From an uncultured Prevotella sp. (GTDB lineage Bacteria; Bacteroidota; Bacteroidia; Bacteroidales; Bacteroidaceae), in NCBI GenBank assembly GCA_944320105.1, contig CALUGA010000010.1, forward strand, positions 534-64,533: 64,000 bases of DNA, written 5' to 3'. Shown here piece by piece: positions 9,654 through 20,255 of the stretch. How positions within the stretch are numbered: position 1 is the first letter of the stretch; each line of letters starts with the position of its first letter. Made by a program: the position numbers and the translations under genes. The notes below the pieces were generated by a model. The model had not been told where the DNA came from, made no database searches, and saw nothing but the letters and a program-made list of their open reading frames with translations.

Positions 9654-10429
9654 CAGAGATCCCAGCTTTGCATTTGTCGTAACATTTCGTAGTCGGTAAC
9701 GTCGATGGTCGTAGGCGTTATGGCCACGTAGCCGTGGGCAAGCGCCCAGTTGTCGGTATCCTCAGCCTCCGGCTCGTCGTTGGTGTATTCGCCCACCATC
9801 CAGAAGTAGTCGTAGCCCCGTGGATGGTGGCATCGCACCACTTCGTTGCCCCATGTGCCTTTGGCCATGCGGCAGACTTTTACTCCGGCGAAATGCTCCG
9901 CGAGAGGGAAGTTGACGTTGAGGCATACGCCGCGCGGAAGTCCCTCGGCAAGCACTCGCTTTGTAATCTTTTTTACAAGTGGCGCGAGCGGCTCAAAGTT
10001 GGCGTCGTCGCGGTGGTCGCACAGCGAGAAAGCCACCGAAGGGATGTACTTCATGCAGCCCTCCATCGTAACGCCCATGGTGCCGGAGTAGTGGCTGTTG
10101 ACGGAACCGTTGTCGCCGTGGTTGATGCCGCCAATCACCATGTCGGGCCGTTCGCCGCCGCACAGCTCGCTCAAGGCCAGCTTCACGCAGTCCACCGGCG
10201 TACCGTTGCACGACCACACCTCCACGCCTTCCCACTGGCGGCGGAGCTTGAGGCGCAGCGGCGCGGTGGCCGAGAAAGCGCGGGAAAAACCGCTGCGGGC
10301 CGACTCGGGGGCGCACACGAGCAGCCGGCCGAAGCCGCTCACCATGTTGATGAGGCTGCCGAGGCCCTTGGCGTGGTAGCCGTCGTCGTTGGAAATCAGT
10401 ATCAGTGGTTTCTTATTTTCCATATACAT
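9653..10429 (-). CDS. surE: 5'/3'-nucleotidase SurE
   Basis: ISNDDG, GTPVDCV, GINHGDN and YSGT motifs. Confidence 0.96.
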   Translation of the reverse strand: MYMENKKPLILISNDDGYHAKGLGSLINMVSGFGRLLVCAPESARSGFSRAFSATAPLRLKLRRQWEGVEVWSCNGTPVDCVKLALSELCGGERPDMVIGGINHGDNGSVNSHYSGTMGVTMEGCMKYIPSVAFSLCDHRDDANFEPLAPLVKKITKRVLAEGLPRGVCLNVNFPLAEHFAGVKVCRMAKGTWGNEVVRCHHPRGYDYFWMVGEYTNDEPEAEDTDNWALAHGYVAITPTTIDVTDYEMLRQMQSWDL

Positions 10430-10549
10430 CTTCTTAAATTCGGATGCAAAAATACTAAAAAAGCCTCATTAATTGCGTTATCTCGCATAAAATATGTAAC
10501 TTTGCACACCAAACATTCAAACGTATTACGGTTTGACAGAAATTCTGAA

Positions 10550-11332
10550 ATGGGAAAGATAATCGCTTTAGCAAACCAGAAAGGCGGTGTGGGCAAGACC
10601 ACAACTACCATCAACCTGGCGGCTTCGCTCGCCACACTCGAAAAGAACGTGTTAGTTGTAGACGCGGACCCGCAGGCCAATGCTTCGAGCGGCCTTGGCG
10701 TGGACATCAAGCAAGTGGACTGCTCGCTGTATGAGTGCATCATCGACCACGCCGACGTGCGCGACGCGATATATACCACCGACATTGACGGGCTTGACAT
10801 CATACCGAGCCACATCGACCTCGTGGGGGCGGAGATTGAGATGCTCAACCTCGACAACCGCGAGAAGGTGATAAAGAACCTGCTCGACCCCATACGCGCA
10901 GACTATGACTACATACTGATTGACTGCAGCCCGTCGCTGGGCCTCATCACGGTCAACTCGCTCACGGCGGCCGACTCCGTGATCATACCCGTGCAGTGCG
11001 AGTACTTCGCCCTGGAGGGAATCAGCAAACTGCTCAACACTATCAAGATAATAAAGAACAAGCTTAACACGAGGCTCGAGATAGAGGGCTTCCTGCTGAC
11101 GATGTACGACTCGCGCCTGAGGCTGGCCAACCAGATTTACGACGAGGTGAAGCGCCACTTCCAGGAACTGGTGTTCAAGACTGTGATACAGCGCAACGTG
11201 AAGCTCAGCGAAAGCCCGAGCCACGGCCTGCCAGTAATCTTGTACGACGCGGATTCCACTGGAAGCAAGAACCACCTGGCGCTGGCCAAGGAGATAATAA
11301 GCAAGAACACCAAGGACGAAGGGGGGAGATAA
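10550..11332 (+). CDS. parA: Chromosome partitioning ATPase ParA/Soj
   Basis: MGKIIALANQKGGVGKTTT, DADPQAN and DCSPSLG. Start trimmed to the ATG after the TAACTTTG promoter box. Confidence 0.96.
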   Translation: MGKIIALANQKGGVGKTTTTINLAASLATLEKNVLVVDADPQANASSGLGVDIKQVDCSLYECIIDHADVRDAIYTTDIDGLDIIPSHIDLVGAEIEMLNLDNREKVIKNLLDPIRADYDYILIDCSPSLGLITVNSLTAADSVIIPVQCEYFALEGISKLLNTIKIIKNKLNTRLEIEGFLLTMYDSRLRLANQIYDEVKRHFQELVFKTVIQRNVKLSESPSHGLPVILYDADSTGSKNHLALAKEIISKNTKDEGGR

Positions 11333-11335
11333 GCA

Positions 11336-12271
11336 ATGGCAGTTCACAAGAAATACGACAGGAACGTGCTCGGGCGCGGCCTTGACGACATAGGAAACGG
11401 GCGCGGCCTCGACGCTCTCATCGACACGGGCGAGGTGAGGACGCAAGGCTCGTCGAACCTCGGCGAGATTGAGCTGAGCCATATTGAGCCTAACCCGAAC
11501 CAGCCTCGGCGCGAATTTGACGAGGAGGCACTGCAGGAACTGGCTGCCAGCATACGCGAGATAGGCATAATTCAGCCAATAACGCTGCGCAAGGTGGCCG
11601 ACGACCGCTACCAGATAATAGCCGGCGAGCGCCGTTGGCGCGCCTCGCAGCTGGCTGGCTTGCGCGCCATACCGGCCTATATACGCACCGTTGAAGATGA
11701 GAACGTCATGGAAATGGCACTCATCGAGAACATACAGCGTGAGGACCTGAACGCCATCGAGATAGCCCTTGCTTACGAGCACCTGGCCGAGACCACTGGC
11801 ATGACGCAGGAGCGCATATCCGAAAGGGTGGGCAAGAGCCGCGCCGCAGTAACCAACTATATGCGCCTGCTCAAGCTTCCGGCCCAGGTGCAGATGGCCT
11901 TGAAAAACAAGGAGATAGACATGGGCCACGCCCGTGCGCTGCTCTCGCTCGACAGCCCGAGCCTTCAGATAAAGCTCTTCAAGGAAATACAGAAGAACGG
12001 CTACTCTGTCCGTAAGGTGGAGGAGATGGTGCAGATGCTGAAGAACGGCGACGACGTGCAGCTGGCCAAGAAGAAAATCACGGCTAAGAGCGCGCTGCCC
12101 GAGGAGTTTGAGGTGTTGAAGAGCCGCTTGGCCGACTTCTTCAGCACCAAGGTGCAGATGACCTGCTCGCCAAAGGGCAAGGGCAAGATAACCATACCGT
12201 TTGCCAACGAGGAAGACCTTGAGCGCATAATGAATGCGCTTGACAACCTGAAAACGGAAAACCACACCTGA
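11336..12271 (+). CDS. parB: Chromosome partitioning protein ParB/Spo0J
   Basis: LGRGL, NPNQPR, IAGERRWRA and ENIQREDL; follows parA. Confidence 0.96.
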   Translation: MAVHKKYDRNVLGRGLDDIGNGRGLDALIDTGEVRTQGSSNLGEIELSHIEPNPNQPRREFDEEALQELAASIREIGIIQPITLRKVADDRYQIIAGERRWRASQLAGLRAIPAYIRTVEDENVMEMALIENIQREDLNAIEIALAYEHLAETTGMTQERISERVGKSRAAVTNYMRLLKLPAQVQMALKNKEIDMGHARALLSLDSPSLQIKLFKEIQKNGYSVRKVEEMVQMLKNGDDVQLAKKKITAKSALPEEFEVLKSRLADFFSTKVQMTCSPKGKGKITIPFANEEDLERIMNALDNLKTENHT

Positions 12272-12273
12272 CA

Positions 12274-13137
12274 TTGATACGGAGAAGCATCATATCGGCA
12301 GTGCGGGCGATGGCCGTGGCCTTGGCCTTGACGGCCATCCCGCAAGGTGCGGCGGCCCGTGATGTAGCCATGGCCGATTCTGTAGCCATGCCTGCCGTTG
12401 CCGACAGCATGGCCAGGCTCGCAAGTCCGGCGGACTCAGCGTTGGCACATGCTGACTCCATAGCTGAGCGCATAAGCCGCGCCGAGGCCACCACCGACTC
12501 CATAGCACGGAGCATTGGCCGCGCGCTGGTGGCCACCGACTCAACCATTGCCGCCGACAAGGCTGCGCTTATAGCAGGGAAACCGGCTGCCATCGATGGC
12601 AAGCCTGCCCGCGAGAAGCGCGATTGGACCACATGGCGGCCCAAGCCGCAGCGGGCGCTATGGCTTGCGCTGGTTATTCCAGGCGGCGGCCAGATTTACA
12701 ACCGCAAGTACTGGAAGCTGCCCATAATATACGGAGGGTTCATGGGGTGCTTGTACGCCATGAACTGGAACAACATGATGTACAAGGACTACTCGCAGGC
12801 TTACCTCGACATAATGGACAGCGACCCTACCACGGAGAGTTACAACAAGTTCCTGCATCTGGGGCGGGTGATAGACAGTTCCAACGAGGAACGCTACAAG
12901 CAGATATTCAAAAGCCGCAAGGACAAGTACCGCCGCTGGCGCGACCTCAGCTTCTTCTGCCTTTTGGGGGTCTATGCCTTGTCGGTCATCGATGCATACG
13001 TGGACGCGGAGTTGTCGGAGTTCGACATATCAGAGGACTTGAGCTTGAAGGTGGAACCTGCGGTTATAAACAACAGCGCGTCGATGAAGGTGCTTGAGGC
13101 ATCGTCGTTTGGGGTGCAGTGCAAGTTGAGATTCTGA
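12274..13137 (+). CDS. DUF5683-like membrane/exported protein
   Basis: Signal-like N-terminus, PGGGQIYNRKYWKLP and IDAYVDA; usual Bacteroidales position after parB. Start codon uncertain. Confidence 0.75.
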   Translation: MIRRSIISAVRAMAVALALTAIPQGAAARDVAMADSVAMPAVADSMARLASPADSALAHADSIAERISRAEATTDSIARSIGRALVATDSTIAADKAALIAGKPAAIDGKPAREKRDWTTWRPKPQRALWLALVIPGGGQIYNRKYWKLPIIYGGFMGCLYAMNWNNMMYKDYSQAYLDIMDSDPTTESYNKFLHLGRVIDSSNEERYKQIFKSRKDKYRRWRDLSFFCLLGVYALSVIDAYVDAELSEFDISEDLSLKVEPAVINNSASMKVLEASSFGVQCKLRF

Positions 13138-13197
13138 GCCTTGCGCCAGGCTATCGGTGCCTGTTGCAGGTTTAACATATACATATTATATATATAG

Positions 13198-14502
13198 ATG
13201 AACAAGAAGATAAAGTTTTTCGCCGTCGCACTGCTGCTGGCCGGACATTGCGCCGCCCATGCGCAGGACAGCGGCAGCGACAACGAGATAAGCGTGACCG
13301 ACGGCAAGGGGAACAAGGAAGTGATAGAATTCCCCGAGGCCATGGGCTATGAGCTTGACAGTTTGATGAACCTTTACATGGCCAAGACCTACCTTGACGA
13401 GGACGAAGACTGCCGCATGAAGGACATCAATCCCGTGTTCGACAAGGAAGTGTACGTAGACCGGCTGAGCCGGATACCCGCCATCATCGAGATGCCATAT
13501 AACGACGTGGTGCAGAAATTCATCGACCGCTACAGCGGCCGCCTGCGCCATTCGGTGAGTTATATGCTCGGTGCCTGCAATTTTTATATGCCGATATTCG
13601 AGGAAGCGCTTGAGGCTTACGACCTGCCGCTTGAACTCCGCTATCTGCCCGTGATAGAGTCGGCCCTCAATCCCACGGCAGTGTCGCGCGTGGGGGCCAC
13701 CGGTCTGTGGCAGTTCATGCTCCCCACGGGCAAGCAGTATGGCCTTGAGGTCAACTCGCTCGTAGATGAGCGCCGCGACCCAATCAAGTCGTCGTATGCC
13801 GCCGCGCAATATCTTAGGGATCTTTACAAGGTGTTCGGCGACTGGACCTTGGTCATAGCGGCATACAACTGCGGCCCGGAGCAGGTGAACAAGGCCATAC
13901 GCCGCTCGGACGGTGAGCGCGACTACTGGAAGATATACCCGTACCTGCCCAAGGAAACGCGCGGTTATGTGCCTGCGTTCATAGCGGCCAATTACATCAT
14001 GACCTACTATTGCGACCACAATATCTGCCCAATGAGCACGCGCCTGCCCGCAAAGACCGACACCTTGATGCTCAGCCGCAATGTACATCTGGAGCAGATA
14101 GCGGCTGTGTGCGGCATTGGCATGGAGGAGCTGCGCGCCCTCAACCCGGCCTACCGCCGCGACATAATACCCGGGGCCACCGAGCCTTCGTGCCTCAGGC
14201 TGCCGCAGACGGAGGTGGGGAAGTTCATCGACAACGAAGACTCCATCTATAACTACAAGGCGGACGAGCTGTTTGCAAGGCGCATCGAGGTAGAGGTAAG
14301 CAAGTCGGTGCCCGCCTCCACGAAGAAGCGGAGCACCGCGTCGCGCCGTCGCCGCAGCCGTACACGCTACATAACCATAAAGAACGGACAGACACTCTCG
14401 CACATAGCCAAGCGCTATGGCACCACCGTGAGCAGGCTGAAGCGTCTCAACGGGCTTAAAGGCTCGTCGATACGTGCCGGCAAACGGCTCAGGGTGAGAT
14501 AA
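13198..14502 (+). CDS. mltD: Lytic murein transglycosylase with LysM domain (MltD-like)
   Basis: IESA, GLWQFM, AAYNCG and ETRGYVP SLT motifs; C-terminal LysM (GQTLSHIAKRYG). Confidence 0.9.
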   Translation: MNKKIKFFAVALLLAGHCAAHAQDSGSDNEISVTDGKGNKEVIEFPEAMGYELDSLMNLYMAKTYLDEDEDCRMKDINPVFDKEVYVDRLSRIPAIIEMPYNDVVQKFIDRYSGRLRHSVSYMLGACNFYMPIFEEALEAYDLPLELRYLPVIESALNPTAVSRVGATGLWQFMLPTGKQYGLEVNSLVDERRDPIKSSYAAAQYLRDLYKVFGDWTLVIAAYNCGPEQVNKAIRRSDGERDYWKIYPYLPKETRGYVPAFIAANYIMTYYCDHNICPMSTRLPAKTDTLMLSRNVHLEQIAAVCGIGMEELRALNPAYRRDIIPGATEPSCLRLPQTEVGKFIDNEDSIYNYKADELFARRIEVEVSKSVPASTKKRSTASRRRRSRTRYITIKNGQTLSHIAKRYGTTVSRLKRLNGLKGSSIRAGKRLRVR

Positions 14503-14509
14503 AGGATAG

Positions 14510-14552
14510 GCATCTCCTGCCCTGCGGCATAGTACTGCGGGCAGGAGATGCT
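14510..14552 (+). terminator. Hairpin between mltD and relA
   Basis: gcatctcctgccc ... gggcaggagatgc inverted repeat with a weak T tail. Confidence 0.5.
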
Positions 14553-14587
14553 GCATTTTCCATGCACACCTAAAACACGCTAACGAC

Positions 14588-16861
14588 ATGACAAACGACC
14601 AAGAACTAAAAGCCAGGGAGGCTGCCGACGACAAGATGATAGGCGATGCGTTCCAGCATTTGCTCGACACTTACATCAATTCGCGCCACCGCAAGAAGGT
14701 AGACATCATCACCAAGGCATTCAACTTTGCCCGTCAGGCACACAAGGGTGTGCGCCGCCTTTCGGGCGAGCCATACATCATGCACCCCATCGCCGTGGCC
14801 CAGATTGCCTGCGAGGAGGTAGGGCTGGGGTCTACGAGCATCTGTGCGGCCTTGCTCCACGACGTGGTGGAAGACACCGACTATACCACAGAGGACATCG
14901 ACAACATTTTCGGCCCGAAGGTTGCCAACATCGTTGACGGGCTTACCAAGATCAGTGGCGGCATCTTCGGCGACCGCGCGTCGGCCCAGGCCGAGAACTT
15001 CAAGAAGCTGCTCCTCATGATGAGCGACGACATCCGCGTCATCCTCATCAAGATTTGCGACCGCCTGCACAATATGCGCACATTGGCCAGCCAGCCCGCC
15101 AACAAGCAGTACAAGATAGCCGGCGAGACCCTTTACATCTATGCGCCGCTGGCCAACCGCCTCGGGCTGAACAAGATAAAGACCGAGCTTGAAGACCTCA
15201 GCTTCCGCTACGAGCATCCCGACGAGTATGCCTCGATAGAGCGGAAGCTCGCTTCCACCCAAGCCTCGCGCCACACACTCTTCGATGAGTTTACCGCCCC
15301 CATACGCGAAGCTCTCGACAAGATGGGCATCAAGTACACGATAAAGGAGCGCGTAAAGAGTCCTTATTCGATATGGTGCAAGATGCAGAACAAGCACGTA
15401 ACGTTCGACGAGATTTACGACATCCTTGCCGTGCGCATAATCTTCTGCCCCAAGGAGCGCGAGAACGAGATCAACGAGTGCTTCAACATCTACGTGGCCA
15501 TAAGCAAGATATACAAGTCGCACCCCGACCGCCTGCGCGACTGGCTCAACCATCCCAAGGCCAATGGCTACCAGGCGCTCCACGTCACGCTCATGTCGCA
15601 CCAGGGTCGTTGGATCGAGGTGCAGATACGTTCCGACCGCATGGACGAGATTGCCGAGCAGGGCTTTGCCGCCCATTGGAAATACAAGGAGGGCGAAAGC
15701 GGCGAGATAGCCGAGGACGACGGCGAGCTGAACGACTGGCTTCACACCATAAAGGAAATCCTCGACGACCCGCAGCCCGATGCCATGGATTTCCTCGATG
15801 CCATCAAGCTCAACCTCTTTGCCTCCGAGATATTCGTGTTCACCCCCAAGGGCGAGATAAAGACCATGCCAGCCGGGTGTACCGCGCTCGACTTTGCTTT
15901 CTCCATCCACACCTTCCTCGGAAGCCACTGTATCGGGGCCAAGGTCAACCACAAGCTCGTGCCGCTCAGCCACAAGCTCGAAAGCGGCGACCAGGTTGAA
16001 ATCATCACCTCAAAGTCGCAGCACGTGCAGCCATCGTGGATCAACTTCGTATATACGGCCAAGGCCAAGGCCAAGATCCAGGCCATATTGCGCCGCGAGA
16101 ACCGCGAGTTGCAGAAGCAGGGCGAGGAAGCCCTGTCCGCTTTCCTGAAGAAGAACGGCATGGAATACACCAATGCCGCCGTAGACAAGCTCATGGCCTT
16201 CCACAACGTAAGCAAGCGCGAAGACCTTTTCCAGGCCATCGGCGAGAAGATGATAATCCCCGGCGAGAAAGACCTCGACGAGCTTAAGGGCAAGAAGAAA
16301 AAAGAGGGCGGGCTTAAGTGGCGCAAGTTCGTGCCGTTCATCGGCGGCGGCAAGCAGAAGAAGGAGGGCGGCAAGCAGCCGCAGCTGCTCGTGCTGCCCG
16401 ACACGTTCAACCGCAAGAAGCCCATCTTCATCACCGACGACAACATAGGGCAGTACAAGTTCATGTTCTGCTGCCACCCCATCCCGGGCGACGACATCCT
16501 CGGCTTCATCGACAACAAGAAGCAGATAGAGATCCACAAGCGCGCCTGCCCCGTGGCCACCAAGCTCAAGGCCAGCTACGGCAACCGCATCCTCGACGCC
16601 AAGTGGGACATGCACAAGAAGCTCTACTTCGACGCCACGGTGCGCATCGAGGGCATAGACCGCATAGGCATGCTCAACGAGGTGACGCGCGTCATCTCCG
16701 AGCAGATGAACATCAGCATCCACAAGGTGGCCATAAGCTGCGGCGAGGGCATCTTCGACGGCACCATAGAGCTGCGCGTCCACGACCGCGACGACGTGCG
16801 GTCAATAATCGAGAACCTGAAGAAGGTGACGGGCGTGCAGGACGTAAGCCAGATAATGTAG
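14588..16861 (+). CDS. relA: Bifunctional (p)ppGpp synthetase/hydrolase
   Basis: SGEPYIMHP, LHDVVED, DRLHNMRTL, NGYQALH and EVQIR; TGS and ACT domains. Confidence 0.95.
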   Translation: MTNDQELKAREAADDKMIGDAFQHLLDTYINSRHRKKVDIITKAFNFARQAHKGVRRLSGEPYIMHPIAVAQIACEEVGLGSTSICAALLHDVVEDTDYTTEDIDNIFGPKVANIVDGLTKISGGIFGDRASAQAENFKKLLLMMSDDIRVILIKICDRLHNMRTLASQPANKQYKIAGETLYIYAPLANRLGLNKIKTELEDLSFRYEHPDEYASIERKLASTQASRHTLFDEFTAPIREALDKMGIKYTIKERVKSPYSIWCKMQNKHVTFDEIYDILAVRIIFCPKERENEINECFNIYVAISKIYKSHPDRLRDWLNHPKANGYQALHVTLMSHQGRWIEVQIRSDRMDEIAEQGFAAHWKYKEGESGEIAEDDGELNDWLHTIKEILDDPQPDAMDFLDAIKLNLFASEIFVFTPKGEIKTMPAGCTALDFAFSIHTFLGSHCIGAKVNHKLVPLSHKLESGDQVEIITSKSQHVQPSWINFVYTAKAKAKIQAILRRENRELQKQGEEALSAFLKKNGMEYTNAAVDKLMAFHNVSKREDLFQAIGEKMIIPGEKDLDELKGKKKKEGGLKWRKFVPFIGGGKQKKEGGKQPQLLVLPDTFNRKKPIFITDDNIGQYKFMFCCHPIPGDDILGFIDNKKQIEIHKRACPVATKLKASYGNRILDAKWDMHKKLYFDATVRIEGIDRIGMLNEVTRVISEQMNISIHKVAISCGEGIFDGTIELRVHDRDDVRSIIENLKKVTGVQDVSQIM

Positions 16862-16922
16862 CCCGCTCCAAGCAGCCTTGCTTGCACCGAACAAACCAAC
16901 AAACCATAAAAAATAAGGCAAG

Positions 16923-17897
16923 ATGAAAAAGCTAACTATGCTTATCCTCGCGCTGGCCACGTTCATCGGCGCCGGCGCCGCAAACAAGTACGACAACACC
17001 GACACCATCTTCGTGGCCCGCGATGGCACCGGCGAGTTCCGCACCCTCAGCGAGGCCATAGAGGTGTGCCGCGCCTTCATGGACTACACCAAGGTAATCT
17101 ATGTCAAGAAGGGACTCTACAAGGAGAAGGTAATCGTGCCGCAGTGGCTCACCAACATCGAGATTGTTGGCGAAGACCGCGACGAGACCATCATCACCTA
17201 CGACGACCACGCCAACATCAAGATGCCCGGCACCGACCGCGGCATGGGCACATTCCGCTCCTACACCATGCGCGTTGAGGGCAACGGCATAACCTTCAAG
17301 AACATAACCATCGAGAACAACGCCGCCCAGCTCGGACAGGCCGTGGCCCTGCACACCGAGGGCGACCGCCTCACGTTCATCAACTGCCGCCTGCTCGGCA
17401 ACCAGGACACCATCTACACCGGTACGGCCGGCACGCGCCTCTACTTCAAGGACTGCTACATCGACGGCACCACCGACTTCATCTTCGGTCCCTCTACGGC
17501 CTGGTTCGAGAATTGCACCATCCACAGCAAGCGCAACTCTTATGTCACCGCCGCCTCCACGCCCAAGGACGTGAAGTATGGCTATGTGTTCAACAACTGC
17601 CGCCTCACTGCCGACCCCGGCGTCACCAAGGTATACCTCGGGCGCCCATGGCGCGACTACGGCTACACGCTCTTCATGAACTGCGAGCTTGGGAGCCACA
17701 TCCGCCCCGAAGGCTGGCACCCATGGCAGAAGCAGCGCATGGCCACTGCCCGCTACCTTGAGTACAACAACCGCGGCGAGGGCGCCAAGACCGACAAGCG
17801 AGCCTCGTGGAGCCGCCAGCTCACCAAGAAGGAAGTCGCAGAGGTAACGCTCCAGAACGTGTTCACCATCCGCGACACTTGGACACCCGCACAGTGA
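16923..17897 (+). CDS. Secreted pectin methylesterase (CE8)
   Basis: Signal peptide; GLYKEK, QAVAL, QDTIY, DFIFG and LGRPW motifs. Confidence 0.93.
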   Translation: MKKLTMLILALATFIGAGAANKYDNTDTIFVARDGTGEFRTLSEAIEVCRAFMDYTKVIYVKKGLYKEKVIVPQWLTNIEIVGEDRDETIITYDDHANIKMPGTDRGMGTFRSYTMRVEGNGITFKNITIENNAAQLGQAVALHTEGDRLTFINCRLLGNQDTIYTGTAGTRLYFKDCYIDGTTDFIFGPSTAWFENCTIHSKRNSYVTAASTPKDVKYGYVFNNCRLTADPGVTKVYLGRPWRDYGYTLFMNCELGSHIRPEGWHPWQKQRMATARYLEYNNRGEGAKTDKRASWSRQLTKKEVAEVTLQNVFTIRDTWTPAQ

Positions 17898-17930
17898 TGT
17901 CGCCCCTCGTGGCAACGCCAATGAACATAT

Positions 17931-17970
17931 AATCCCCGCCTGTCGCAACCATCGGCAGGCGGGGATTGTT
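17931..17970 (+). terminator. Probable intrinsic terminator
   Basis: aatccccgcctg ... caggcggggatt just after the stop codon. Confidence 0.65.
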
Positions 17971-18063
17971 GTGTTCGCCACGCCTGTCGCGGCTTCGCGA
18001 TAGGCATACTGTTGTAATGTATATGGGAACTTCAATGCAAACTTCCCGCTTAAACTTCCCGCT

Positions 18064-18752
18064 TAAACTTCCACATTGCCCCCACGCAAACTTCCACGTT
18101 GACTCCCCCGTTGCGGCGGGTTTGCAACCCGACGCCTTCTGTGGCCGGGTCTGCGACCCGGGGAAGTGAAACAGCGCAGCTACCTTAGGAGGTGCCGCAT
18201 TCCTGCGGCGCAAACCCTTTAGGGCGAGTGGAGCGAAACCGTGCTGGCGCGGGTTGCAAACCCGCAACCGGAAGCAGGCGGGTTGCAAACCCGCCTGAAC
18301 GTGGAAGATACGTGGAAGATGTGTGGAAGATGCGTGTGGGATGTGTGGAAGATGCGTGGAAGATGCATGGGAGACACGTGGAATGTACGGGGATAATGCA
18401 ATATAAACTTCCACATTGCCCCCACGCAAACTTCCACGTTGACTCCCCCGTTGCGGCGGGTTTGCAACCCGACGCCTTCTGTGGCCGGGTCTGCGACCCG
18501 GGGAAGTGAAACAGCGCAGCTACCTTAGGAGGTGCCGCATTCCTGCGGCGCAAACCCTTTAGGGCGAGTGGAGCGAAACCGGGGTGACGCGGGTTGCAAA
18601 CCCGCAACAGGAAGCAGGCGGGTTGCAAACCCGCCTGAACGTGGGAGATGCGTGGGAGATGTGTGGGAGATGCGTGGAAGATGCGTGGAAGATGCGTGGG
18701 AGATGTGTGGGAGATGTGTGGAAGATACGTGGGAGATGTGTGGAATGTATGG
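18064..18752. repeat. Tandem duplication of a 340-bp palindrome cassette with 11-mer tandem repeats
   Basis: taaacttccacattgcc starts at 18064 and again at 18404. Each unit has four GGGTT(T)GC(A)AACCC-type hairpins and a run of GATGYGTGGRA repeats. Confidence 0.92.
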
Positions 18753-18823
18753 GGCGAAGCATGGCCGTTGGTTTCGGCGGTCATTGAATCACATTTGCAC
18801 GGGTTGGAAAAATTTAATCCACG

Positions 18824-20255
18824 TCACACCGCGCCCCCCACGCCGCCAGCCGAGCAGCGTTGCAGGGCTGCTTCAAGCCGCGGGTTTATGCGCAAATTGT
18901 GTTCTTCCTTGCGCCTCAGTATGCCTGCGCACCCTGCCGGGGATATATAAAACTTACTGTCGGCATTGGTGTCAACGAAATCAAGCATGTTGGCCGTGGT
19001 GCAGTCGTAAGGCATGGCAGAGGCGTTTATGTAACTCCCGTCTGCAAGCGGCACGAAGCCATCCAGCACGTAAAGCCCATGCCCATTGCCCTGCTTGGTG
19101 GCAGCTGCGGGCAACGCCAACTGGGGCAATGCGTCGCGGCTGCATAGCCGGTGGGCAATCCACCTCACCACGTTCACCGCCCACGAGTTGCCCGCAGCCC
19201 TGTATCGTTGCGTGTCCTTGCACCCCGGCAGGAGCGTATAGTCGTCGGGGAAGCCCATTATGCGCTCGGCCTCAATTGGGGTGAGCCGCCTCAGCCGGCC
19301 GTCCTGGCATACGAACAACGACCCGTTGAGCGCGGCGGCGTTGCCGTTCCACTTCGTGCCGTATGCAGCATAGAGGCAGTCGGTGTATGTTCGGAAACTC
19401 CACGTGGCAACCGTTGATGACGCGCTCCAGCGACTTGTCTGCCTGCGCCTGCGCTCCTCCATCCGCCTGCTGCCCTTCAAACAGCGGCAACTGTCCGCCG
19501 ATAATGCTTGGCTTGGCCTTGAAAGGGTCGGACTGCAGCCCGCCCGTCTCGAACAGCACGCTCTCCGGGCAAAACTCCTTGCCGCCCGCCACCACGTATA
19601 TGCGCCTGCGCTGCTGCGGCAGCCCGAAATACTTTGCGTCGAACACGCGCCAGGCCACGTTGCGCACTGGCCCGTGGAGCACCCCGGCATCGGGCCATCG
19701 CGGCGCCACCTCAACAGTCACCGCCTTGCCATCCCTCTTTGTGCGCTTCGTCCTTTTGCCCAACGGCGACTCCATTGGCGCGTCAAGCCCGGCCAAGCCC
19801 GCAAGGAAACATCCAAAGGCATTGTCGCCATCGGTGAGCACCCCTTCCACGTTCTCCCACAGGCAAACCGCCCGGTGCTGCCCACGGGCGAGCCTCTTGG
19901 CGTCCATGCAGTTAAGAATGTCGAAGAATTTCAGCGTCAGCTGCCCTCTGTCGTCGCTGATTCCTGCCCGCCATCCCGCGAGCGAAAAAGCCTGGCAGGG
20001 CGTGCCGCCGCAGAGCAGGTCGGGCGCGTCAATGTCGTCCTTGGCCAGCATCTCCGGTATGCCGTTCATGTCGCCCACGTTAGGCACGTCGGGATAGCGC
20101 GCCGCCAAGAACCTGCACGGAAAGCTGTCTATCTCCGAAAGCCACAACGCCCGCACCCCGATGGGGCGCAGCACAAAGCTCGCGGCCTCAATGCCAGAGC
20201 AAACGCTGCCGAATGTCTTTATCTCCATCAATGCCTGTATGGGCCTTTCGTTCAT
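18824..20255 (-). pseudogene. DNA (cytosine-5) methyltransferase with a frameshift near 19395
   Basis: GSVCSGIEAAS, GGTPCQAFS, WENVEG and PQQRRR lie in one frame; RRLTPIEAERIMGFP and RYRAAGNS (motifs IX/X) lie in the +1 frame. ATG at 20255 overlaps the upstream TGA. Confidence 0.85.

Noticed and set aside
9734-10549. N-terminal extension of ParA (532-aa ORF)
   Set aside because: It overlaps surE on the opposite strand; the promoter box and ParA motif place the start at 10550.
10430-12271. parS site or replication origin near parAB
   Set aside because: I did not see a GTTTCACGTGAAAC-like palindrome or a DnaA-box cluster by eye; a motif scan would be needed to exclude degenerate sites.
10652-16783. 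Long antisense ORFs (e.g. 10652..12274, 13186..14670, 14606..15973 and similar ones elsewhere)
   Set aside because: They are shadow frames of GC-rich genes with strong codon bias and carry no recognisable motifs.
18064-18752. Possible CRISPR array or DGR template/variable repeat pair
   Set aside because: There are no unique spacers between constant repeats and no cas or reverse transcriptase gene; the differences between copies are not adenine-specific.
17863-18784. ORFs with repeated HASSTHLPRIF-like peptides
   Set aside because: They are translations of the 11-mer repeats, open on both strands, with no credible start context.
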